IMG/VR virus record: IMGVR_UViG_3300033067_001807
Location: 17,498 to 81,497 of that record
Length of the DNA: 64,000 nucleotides
Reading direction: 5' to 3' (one strand)
Origin: a virus
Taxonomy: Duplodnaviria; Caudoviricetes
Shown: positions 49,162 through 56,808 of the stretch, one piece after another
Numbering within the stretch: the first letter of the stretch is position 1
Layout: each line of letters starts with the position of its first letter
Position numbers and translations under genes: made by a program
Notes under the pieces: model-generated
Seen by the model: the letters and a program-made list of their open reading frames with translations, nothing else
Database searches by the model: none
What the model was told of the DNA's origin: nothing

Positions 49162-50357
49162 TATTTATATGTGTTTGTTTTCCAATTATATTTATATGAT
49201 AAATTATGTTTACCTGGTTCCCATAAATTTTCAATTAATTTTCTATATGTATCTACTACATTTGGATTTGTTGAAAGGTATCTATTTAATACTTTTTGAT
49301 TTTTTTCACGATATTCCTCAATATTATTATCGTGTGTATTGATTGCTAAATCTAATTGTTTCATTCCATCATATATAGAAAAATCTTTGTAATAGTAACC
49401 TGCATCCTTGATAAAATCAGCATTATGTACTACTGGATATCCAAAATGGATTGCATCCAAGTATGAATAGTTTAACGGATTTCCCCATTGATGCGCTAAA
49501 ACAATGTCAGTTTCCTCTGCTAAAAATGTAGATACAGGATATCTTGGTACGAATTTTATTAACGGGTTTTTTAGATTTACAGCGTCTAATTGTTTAATCA
49601 TTCCCATAAAGTATTTATTCTTAAGTAACTTATTACCGCTTCCAACATATAGTTGTTTAAAAGAACCTTCTCCAAATTTTCTAAAAAAAGCCTCAACAAT
49701 CATTATCGGAATTAACGCGTATTTAACAACATTTAAGTTTGGTTCCATAACCGAAATCTTTTTTTCAGAAACAGGTTTTGGCGTATATTTTGGAAATCTT
49801 TTACCAAGCTTTTGTAATAAATCTCTATCTCTATCAATAAACATTGGGTCCCAGATGAATGGAACTATTTTAACGTCTTCAGACTTGTGTCTATATATTA
49901 ATTGAAAATACTCTTTATTATGGTGTTCTTGTTGTGGAATTGCCCATGTTTGGTCATGTCCTGTGTCCCATGATGGAATTCCAGGTGCATCAGGGTCTCC
50001 AAATAAAACTCTTTCCATGTCGACAACATAGTTATTACCACACTGGTATTTTACTATTTTTGCATTTGGATTTGCTTCCTTAATAATTTTACACCAATTA
50101 GCAGGAATTGAAGTACCTAATGTTATGAGCAAATCTACTTCTTTAAATTTATCTTTGAATTTAAATATTTTAAATCTATTAGTGTCCCATTGCACTTTAG
50201 TAAGATCTTTTACAACATCCGATGTATCAAGAATAAAAACATTATGTTCACCAATATTTAATAAAGTATTTGCTAAGTAAAGAGCATTTAATTTTATTCC
50301 ATTAATCCAAAGAGATTCATTTTCCTTTGTTAATCCTATAGTAATTCCAATTCTCAT
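49161..50357 (-). CDS. DUF2827-family protein (putative glycosyltransferase)
   Basis: MRIGITI...LWINGI, VPFIWDP, ISVMEPNLNVVK, HQWGNPLNYSYLDAIHFGYPVVHN, AGYYY. Confidence 0.75.
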   Translation of the reverse strand: MRIGITIGLTKENESLWINGIKLNALYLANTLLNIGEHNVFILDTSDVVKDLTKVQWDTNRFKIFKFKDKFKEVDLLITLGTSIPANWCKIIKEANPNAKIVKYQCGNNYVVDMERVLFGDPDAPGIPSWDTGHDQTWAIPQQEHHNKEYFQLIYRHKSEDVKIVPFIWDPMFIDRDRDLLQKLGKRFPKYTPKPVSEKKISVMEPNLNVVKYALIPIMIVEAFFRKFGEGSFKQLYVGSGNKLLKNKYFMGMIKQLDAVNLKNPLIKFVPRYPVSTFLAEETDIVLAHQWGNPLNYSYLDAIHFGYPVVHNADFIKDAGYYYKDFSIYDGMKQLDLAINTHDNNIEEYREKNQKVLNRYLSTNPNVVDTYRKLIENLWEPGKHNLSYKYNWKTNTYK

Positions 50358-50380
50358 AAAATAGGTGATTTGTTTTGATT

Positions 50381-50388
50381 TATATATT
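50381..50388 (-). promoter_or_regulatory. Putative late promoter
   Basis: AATATATA between the terminator and the DUF2827 gene. Confidence 0.45.
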
Positions 50389-50392
50389 TCAT

Positions 50393-50420
50393 AAAAAAAG
50401 GGACTCCGAAGAGTCCCTTT
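50393..50420 (-). terminator. Intrinsic terminator with C(UUCG)G tetraloop
   Basis: GGGACTC-TTCG-GAGTCCC followed by T7. Confidence 0.9.
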
Positions 50421-50441
50421 AGTTTAATCAGAAAATACTAA

Positions 50442-52226
50442 TTATCCTTGGTAAGTGATAACTACAGTATCGTCTCCGTCGATTACATAACCTGGATCCG
50501 CTAATATAATAGCTTCAATTGGTGCACTAGCTTCTGCAACTTCAACTTTGTGTCCATTTACGAAAACAGTTACTAAGTTTTTGTTCCAATCTTGTACAGC
50601 GTTTGCAACTGAATATACTAAACCATTTCCTACGAAAGATTCAACATACATTTGAACATCTTCCATGATGTAACCTTCTAATGAAGTTAATCTATCACCA
50701 TGTGCAAGTTCTAAATCAGATATAGTTGATTCTAATGAATCAACTTCTCCATTAACATAAGTTCCAACATTAAGGATCTCAGTAGAGAATGCAGCTTCAA
50801 CTCTTACGAAGTCTGAGTTAGTAGCAGAGATTTCAGCAGTTAATGCTAATTCTAATGAATCAACTGAATCAACTAAGTCTCCAGATACTTCTCCTAATCT
50901 GTTATCGATAGAAGTAATATCTGCATTAGTAGCTGAAATTTCAGCAGCTAAAGCAACTTCTAATGAATCAACAGAAGCATTAGTAGCTAATGCGTAAGAA
51001 GCAAATGCGTCATCATTTGTAGTATCAACTGAGTTGATTAAAGAAACGATTTCAGCGAATGAATCTTTATCAGCATCTGAAGCCAATAAGATTGCATCGA
51101 TTCTACCTTTTTCAGTAGAGATTCTTGCGTCGATTGAAGTAACTTCACCATCAATAAATCCTTCTAATGAAACAACTTCAGCATCGATTAATCCTTCTAA
51201 TGAAGTAACTTTACCTTCAACAGAAACGAAATCAGCGTTAGTAGCAGAGATTTCAGCGGCTAAAGCAACTTCTAATGAATCGATAGAATCATTTTGTGCA
51301 TTGTTTAATGTCTCAATGTTAGTAGCTCTTGTATCAACTGATGTAAAATCAGCATTAGTAGCAACTATTTCAGCAGATAAAGCCAATTCTAATGAATCAA
51401 CTGTTTCAACTAAATCGCCTGAAACTGCGCCTAATCTAGCGTCGATAGAAGCAACTTCATCAACGACTTCAGTAGATAATGCTGCTAAATCATTAGTTAA
51501 TGTTAATTCAGCTGCAGTAGCTCTAGAAGTTTCAGCAGATAATTTACCTTCAACTGATACGAAATCTGCGTTAGTAGCAGAGATTTCAGCAGCTAAAGCA
51601 ACTTCTAATGAATCAACAGAAGCATTGATACCTTCAACGTCAGCGTTAGTAGCTGCAATTTCAGCAGATAAATTAGCTTCAACTCTTACGAAATCAGAGT
51701 TAGTTGCAGAGATTTCAGCGTTTAAGTCAAGAATAACCTGTGCAACTGCATTATCGTTTGTTAAATCAACTGCGTTAATTACAGAAACGATTTCAGCAAA
51801 TGAATCTTTGTCAGCATCAGATGCTAATAAGATTGCATCGATTCTAGCTTTTTCAGTAGAAACGTTTGCATCAATTCTAGTAACATCAGAGTTAGTAGCA
51901 TTGATTTCAGCTGTTAAAGCATTTTCTAATGAATCGATTGACTCATTGATTACACCTTCAGCTTCTTGAGCTCTTAACATCTCATCTGAAGTATACAATC
52001 TAGCGTCGTAGATTTCAGCAGATAAAGAAACTTCTAATGAATCAATAGATGCAATAACTTCAGCATGATCCATTGCCTGGATGTCTTCAACTGCAGCAAA
52101 CTTCTCGTCAATGTAAAGCTTAGTGTCAGCTGCATTGGCGATTTTAGTTTTGTCAGATGTGCTCAATGTTCCGAAGTTTACTGTAGATAAGAAATCAGAA
52201 ATTTGTTTTGAACGAATTTGTGCCAT
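50442..52226 (-). CDS. Acidic repetitive coiled-coil virion fibre protein
   Basis: Repeated VDSLE(V/L)ALxAEIxATN(A/S)D; duplicated RIDAILLASDADKDSFAEIVS; shared C-terminal domain. Confidence 0.7.
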   Translation of the reverse strand: MAQIRSKQISDFLSTVNFGTLSTSDKTKIANAADTKLYIDEKFAAVEDIQAMDHAEVIASIDSLEVSLSAEIYDARLYTSDEMLRAQEAEGVINESIDSLENALTAEINATNSDVTRIDANVSTEKARIDAILLASDADKDSFAEIVSVINAVDLTNDNAVAQVILDLNAEISATNSDFVRVEANLSAEIAATNADVEGINASVDSLEVALAAEISATNADFVSVEGKLSAETSRATAAELTLTNDLAALSTEVVDEVASIDARLGAVSGDLVETVDSLELALSAEIVATNADFTSVDTRATNIETLNNAQNDSIDSLEVALAAEISATNADFVSVEGKVTSLEGLIDAEVVSLEGFIDGEVTSIDARISTEKGRIDAILLASDADKDSFAEIVSLINSVDTTNDDAFASYALATNASVDSLEVALAAEISATNADITSIDNRLGEVSGDLVDSVDSLELALTAEISATNSDFVRVEAAFSTEILNVGTYVNGEVDSLESTISDLELAHGDRLTSLEGYIMEDVQMYVESFVGNGLVYSVANAVQDWNKNLVTVFVNGHKVEVAEASAPIEAIILADPGYVIDGDDTVVITYQG

Positions 52227-52251
52227 ATTATAAATATAGGTTTTTTTGGCC

Positions 52252-52344
52252 CGTAAACATTAGTGTTTACGAAGTTGCAAACATTATTGTTTGTAACTGA
52301 ATTATATATCGGGATTGTTGTGTGAAAATTGATATAATTTCACA
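52252..52344 (-). promoter_or_regulatory. Late promoter with twin leader hairpins and an upstream inverted repeat
   Basis: GATATATA at 52303-52310; hairpins at 52274-52297 and 52252-52271; TGTGAAA...TTTCACA at 52321-52344. Confidence 0.6.
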
Positions 52345-52389
52345 TATTATATGATTATTTTTGAAAAAATTAAAAAAATAAATTTTTAA

Positions 52390-53625
52390 CTATCTTAAAT
52401 CTTCTATACGTGATTCATATATAAAGTTAATAACATCGCCTGGAGATAATTCAAATCCTGCAATATTTCCATTCCATATTAATTGGTCGCCTGATCTAAT
52501 ATCAGCAATTTGAACTGCACTTAATCCATTGTTTCCTGAAAAGTAAGCAGATGAATCTGTTGTATTATTTCCAATATCTACGCTAATTCCATTTACCTCT
52601 ACCATAACATAAGAATCATAATATGGAGAATATGTTATGTAAACTCCAGTTGGGGATTTAGCGCCATCGGTATTTACATTAACAACTTTGTTTTTGTCAA
52701 CATATGTTAACATACCGTCCGGTTTTACATCGTTTGATGTAATTCCATGAGTATCTATTGAATAAGTAACGCCGTCTCCGATTTGCCAAAGTGATTTGGA
52801 AACACCTGGCCCATAAGACATCGACTCTAATCTAACATTGATTTTAATACCATCCGTAGGGTCTTGGTTTCCGTTTCCAGTTGTAATGTCTATTCTTTCC
52901 CATCCTGTAATTTCGTAAATAGTAAAGAAGTTAACAATAGAAGTTGAGTATAGTGTAATTATTCCCTTGATTCCATCGCCATCCATTCTATTAACTAAGA
53001 AATTTTCAAGTTGAGTAACTCTAACCATGTTTTTGTCAAGATTTCTAAAAATCATTTCAGTAATGTTAGATGGAACTTGTGAATTTACTGACATTTTACC
53101 TGAAGTACTTGGAAAACTTAAATCAGTGTATTCTATATTAAATAATGGCTGTCCTAGTGGAATTGCAGGATTAATAGGTGGTTCTGGATTTTCTCCACCT
53201 CCACCTCCACCTGTGTCGCTAGCAATAACTTGTCCAATTTTAAGAATTGGCATTATGTATGTCTTTGCATTTGGATAATAGTCAGAAAATATAAGAGTAA
53301 TTTGAATATTTAAATCTCCAGAAGCTAGAGCACTTGATTGCATTTCATTTATTTCAAAGCTAATAACGCCTGGCTGATTTAATGATACATCTTTAAAATT
53401 CAAAATGTCAGAAACACCAGGTACTACTGGAGAATTATACATTAAAACTTTTTTAAGCTGTTTATCTAAAATTGCAACCGATATTACCGAAACATTTCTT
53501 GCGTTTAATTGATTTCCGAAAAAATCTCTGTATAATGATATGTCATACACATGAGATTCTCCTTGTGTAATATTTATGGTATTATCTATACTTGCGATAA
53601 TGTCTTCCTGTACAACGTATGCCAT
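52390..53625 (-). CDS. Virion structural protein
   Basis: C-terminal VMVEVNG...GFELSPGDVINFIY domain shared with 46918; late motif at 53649-53657. Confidence 0.6.
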   Translation of the reverse strand: MAYVVQEDIIASIDNTINITQGESHVYDISLYRDFFGNQLNARNVSVISVAILDKQLKKVLMYNSPVVPGVSDILNFKDVSLNQPGVISFEINEMQSSALASGDLNIQITLIFSDYYPNAKTYIMPILKIGQVIASDTGGGGGGENPEPPINPAIPLGQPLFNIEYTDLSFPSTSGKMSVNSQVPSNITEMIFRNLDKNMVRVTQLENFLVNRMDGDGIKGIITLYSTSIVNFFTIYEITGWERIDITTGNGNQDPTDGIKINVRLESMSYGPGVSKSLWQIGDGVTYSIDTHGITSNDVKPDGMLTYVDKNKVVNVNTDGAKSPTGVYITYSPYYDSYVMVEVNGISVDIGNNTTDSSAYFSGNNGLSAVQIADIRSGDQLIWNGNIAGFELSPGDVINFIYESRIEDLR

Positions 53626-53656
53626 TTCTGAAAATTATTTTTATAATCTATATATT

Positions 53657-54358
53657 CTATATTCCATGTTTGATTCTATTAAATATAGCATATTGCATTA
53701 AAGGAAGCATACACTCTTCGAATGGAGGAATATTTGATTTTATTTTTACATCAAATCTAAAGAAACGATATGCATTAGAATTAGCTTCTGAAGTTGCAAT
53801 AAAAACTGCAATTTCCCTGAGTTCATTTTTTATTTCAGTAACCTTAGTTAGTTTAAAATTATTCCAATCTATTTTAAAACTAGTTGGTTCTGTGTATTTA
53901 TAAATTTGTATAGTATCTGCTCCTGGAACAATATACATTATATAACCCATTGTGTTTAATGGTTTTTTGTCAGGTATTTCAGTGATTTCACATTCAGATT
54001 CAAGAGCTCTCCATTTATCTCTTATGAATTTGTATAATGTTTCCAATTTATTAATTGATATTTCACATATTTCATCAATAACCTTTAAATCTTCGCCTGA
54101 ATCCGTATAACTATACGATAAAGTCATGTTATCAAGATCGATACCATTTACTCTTCTACCGCTTGACTCTATTGAATCTTTGTTATATTTTATATTATAT
54201 AATTTTTCAAGTTCATTTTCGACTGTGCTAATCGCGGAGTATAGCGAATTGGCAGCTATCAATTTTTTTATTTTTTTGATACCTGCCAACAATTTATATT
54301 GTTTTGATTCTAAATCAAATGGTGGAGTTGTAATCCAATATTTATCAAATATTTCCAT
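53657..54358 (-). CDS. Hypothetical protein (resembles a conserved Bacteroidota protein, from recall)
   Basis: WITTPPFDLESKQYKLLA...GYIMY...PFEECMLP. Confidence 0.6.
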   Translation of the reverse strand: MEIFDKYWITTPPFDLESKQYKLLAGIKKIKKLIAANSLYSAISTVENELEKLYNIKYNKDSIESSGRRVNGIDLDNMTLSYSYTDSGEDLKVIDEICEISINKLETLYKFIRDKWRALESECEITEIPDKKPLNTMGYIMYIVPGADTIQIYKYTEPTSFKIDWNNFKLTKVTEIKNELREIAVFIATSEANSNAYRFFRFDVKIKSNIPPFEECMLPLMQYAIFNRIKHGI

Positions 54359-54419
54359 GTTATATTTATCTAAATTAACACTAAAAATTTGATAGAAATC
54401 AAATTATATTAATATAATC

Positions 54420-54746
54420 TTAGTATAATGAGTCGTTTATTGGTCTATTAGATTGAGTATCTTTATTTTCATCATTTGATTTGACTTCTTGATTTACAGT
54501 AGTAAGTCCCCACTGTAATATAAACCAACTTGCCTCTCTTTCTGCGTCTGCTTTAGATATTTTTAAAACATCCTTTATTCTTAAAACACAGTGTTTTATA
54601 AATTCTTCCTCTTTTTCTTTAGTAGTAGTGTATTGCATATACCATGATGGATTTTCCTTTACATCTTCGTATTTTATACCATGGTCCTTTAATTGATAAT
54701 TAATTAGTTCAATGAAAAGATCTCTTTGTTTTTCTCTTTTTGTCAT
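54420..54746 (-). CDS. Hypothetical protein
   Basis: 108-aa packed ORF. Confidence 0.65.
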   Translation of the reverse strand: MTKREKQRDLFIELINYQLKDHGIKYEDVKENPSWYMQYTTTKEKEEEFIKHCVLRIKDVLKISKADAEREASWFILQWGLTTVNQEVKSNDENKDTQSNRPINDSLY

Positions 54747-54940
54747 AACGAAATTAATGTTGTAAATGTGTTATTATCTTTTAGTCTGATAAAATCATTG
54801 TATGAAATATCCACCAGGTATGAGTTTTCAAAGTATGTTGGGGCTATTGAAATCTGGTATTCATCTGCCTCCATTTTTTCAGTTAATATCTTATTAAGAT
54901 ATTCTAATTCCTCTACATGGATATAAAAATGTATTCTCAT
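54743..54940 (-). CDS. Hypothetical protein
   Basis: ATGA overlap with the downstream gene. Confidence 0.6.
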   Translation of the reverse strand: MRIHFYIHVEELEYLNKILTEKMEADEYQISIAPTYFENSYLVDISYNDFIRLKDNNTFTTLISL

Positions 54941-54949
54941 ATTATGTTA

Positions 54950-55636
54950 TTATCTTTTTGAATTAATAACCTCATCGATAATTCCATATTTTTTTGCCTC
55001 TTCTGCATTTAACCAAAAATCGCGAGTTGCATCCTTCATTACCTGTTCTGGTTTTTTACCACAGTATTCTCCTAATAGTGTGAACAATTCTTTGTTCACT
55101 TTTTGCCATTCTTGCCAATCTATTTCAGCATCTTGAATATTTCCGCTAAAACCTCCAGAAGATTGGTGTAACATAGTGGTAGAGTGTCTTAGTGAACTTC
55201 TCTTACCTTTGGTTCCCGCTCCTAATAACACAGATCCCATTGATGCCGCCATCCCAGTATTGACCGTGCGTATATCAGATTTAATGTATTCCATAACATC
55301 TACCATCGAAAGTCCTGACTTAACACTTCCGCCTGGAGAATCAATATGCATTGTAATATCTCTATTGTCATTTGAATCAAGGAACATTAATTGAGCTTGA
55401 ACAACTGTTGACATATTATCGTCAACTGGACCAGCAACCCATAATAATCTATCCATCATCAATCTGGAAAAAATATCCATTTGAGTAGCTCTTAGTTCTC
55501 TCTCCTCTAAAATGTATGGAGTCATTGAGCTCTCTATCTGTTTTTGATAATAATGCATATTTAATGAGCTAATATTGTGATCGCTCATTGCATATTTTTG
55601 AAATTCTTTTCCGTAATTCATATTATAGTTGTTCAA
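54950..55636 (-). CDS. clpP: ClpP protease proteolytic subunit
   Basis: MDIFSRLMMDR, IDSPGGSV, AASMGSVLL (Ser), MLHQ (His), RDFW (Asp). Confidence 0.96.
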   Translation of the reverse strand: MNNYNMNYGKEFQKYAMSDHNISSLNMHYYQKQIESSMTPYILEERELRATQMDIFSRLMMDRLLWVAGPVDDNMSTVVQAQLMFLDSNDNRDITMHIDSPGGSVKSGLSMVDVMEYIKSDIRTVNTGMAASMGSVLLGAGTKGKRSSLRHSTTMLHQSSGGFSGNIQDAEIDWQEWQKVNKELFTLLGEYCGKKPEQVMKDATRDFWLNAEEAKKYGIIDEVINSKR

Positions 55637-55913
55637 TTATATTTTTAATTTTTGTACACATTTTGTAATTCTCGTTTTCAATATAGAATTCAAGACTTTT
55701 TTGCAATGATTGCTTATATGCATTGTGAGGTAAGTCTGCTGTCATTATTGTTCCATCCGGCGCTATTAATGTGCATAACTTCGTTTCATTTGATTCTCCA
55801 CTTAAGTTTTCTTGAATTAATTCGATAATTCTTTCGTGAAATTTCTCAGTATGATATACGTTTCCAGTTCCTTCTATATAAAATTCTGGTATTTCGTTCA
55901 TGTATTTTATCAT
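55623..55913 (-). CDS. Small protein with C-terminal UVR-like motif
   Basis: SLEFYIENENYKMCTKIKNII; overlaps the clpP start. Confidence 0.62.
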   Translation of the reverse strand: MIKYMNEIPEFYIEGTGNVYHTEKFHERIIELIQENLSGESNETKLCTLIAPDGTIMTADLPHNAYKQSLQKSLEFYIENENYKMCTKIKNIIEQL

Positions 55914-55916
55914 CTT

Positions 55917-56765
55917 CTATTTTATATTAAGATATTCACATAATATGTTACTATAATATTCTCTATCCTCATTGTCATAAATACCTTTATTAATATTATT
56001 TATCATACTAATACCATAATCCGTTATTATCATATTACCTTTTTCGATATTGAAAATCGGCTGAGATAATTGCATAGTGGCTATTTTTTTGTCAGAACTT
56101 TCGTGAACTATTTTTTCAGCAAGTTCATAATGTCTTTCATAAAAATGAATATTATCTGCAAAGTGATAGTATGTTCCTAATGACAATTCCGGATATGTTG
56201 ATTTTAACCAAAGATAAACATGTTGGTGCACAAATGCAAAGAAAGGTGCATCAAATGTAAGTCCATAAAAAATATCGTTGGATCTCATTTGAACTTTCAT
56301 ATCTAATTTATTTTCTCGAATAGAGAAGTTTAAATACATTGTGCATACAAAATCTTTGTTACCCTTAAATTGATATTTCGGTTGATTTAAAAATGCAATT
56401 GCTTGTCTTGTATTTTTATCATTTTTAAGAGATGTAACAACCCAATCCAATTGTTCTCCAAAAAGAAGAGAACCATAATTTGAATTTATTTCATTTGTAT
56501 TTGGATTTGTGATGTTTTTCCAAAATCCTGAAAATTGATTAATGTAATCTACATTAGTATCTTTATTTAAGTACCATGCAAGTTCACCTGCAAAATATTT
56601 CCAATTAAATTCTCTATTTTCAAAATTTGCAAAAGGTTGAGTAGGATCTACCGCATATCCAGCGTACATTAATTCTGTAACTTCAAGGTCTCTTGGTTTA
56701 GAGACCTTTCCGTTTATCTTTATATCTGATATAATGTTTTTGAATACCGTTGAAAAGTTATTCAT
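55917..56765 (-). CDS. Thymidylate synthase-family enzyme (possibly dCMP/dUMP hydroxymethylase-like)
   Basis: NSNYG, TRQA, KDFVCT, MRSNDIFYGLTFD, NIHFYERH. Confidence 0.85.
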   Translation of the reverse strand: MNNFSTVFKNIISDIKINGKVSKPRDLEVTELMYAGYAVDPTQPFANFENREFNWKYFAGELAWYLNKDTNVDYINQFSGFWKNITNPNTNEINSNYGSLLFGEQLDWVVTSLKNDKNTRQAIAFLNQPKYQFKGNKDFVCTMYLNFSIRENKLDMKVQMRSNDIFYGLTFDAPFFAFVHQHVYLWLKSTYPELSLGTYYHFADNIHFYERHYELAEKIVHESSDKKIATMQLSQPIFNIEKGNMIITDYGISMINNINKGIYDNEDREYYSNILCEYLNIK

Positions 56766-56808
56766 TTATTATTGTATTAAGTTAATATATTATTCTATTA
56801 TTATACTA

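Noticed and set aside
51034-51969. 311-aa plus-strand ORF
   Set aside because: Antisense shadow of the repetitive coiled-coil gene
53619-53903. 94-aa plus-strand ORF
   Set aside because: Antisense to 53657-54358 and spans a promoter region
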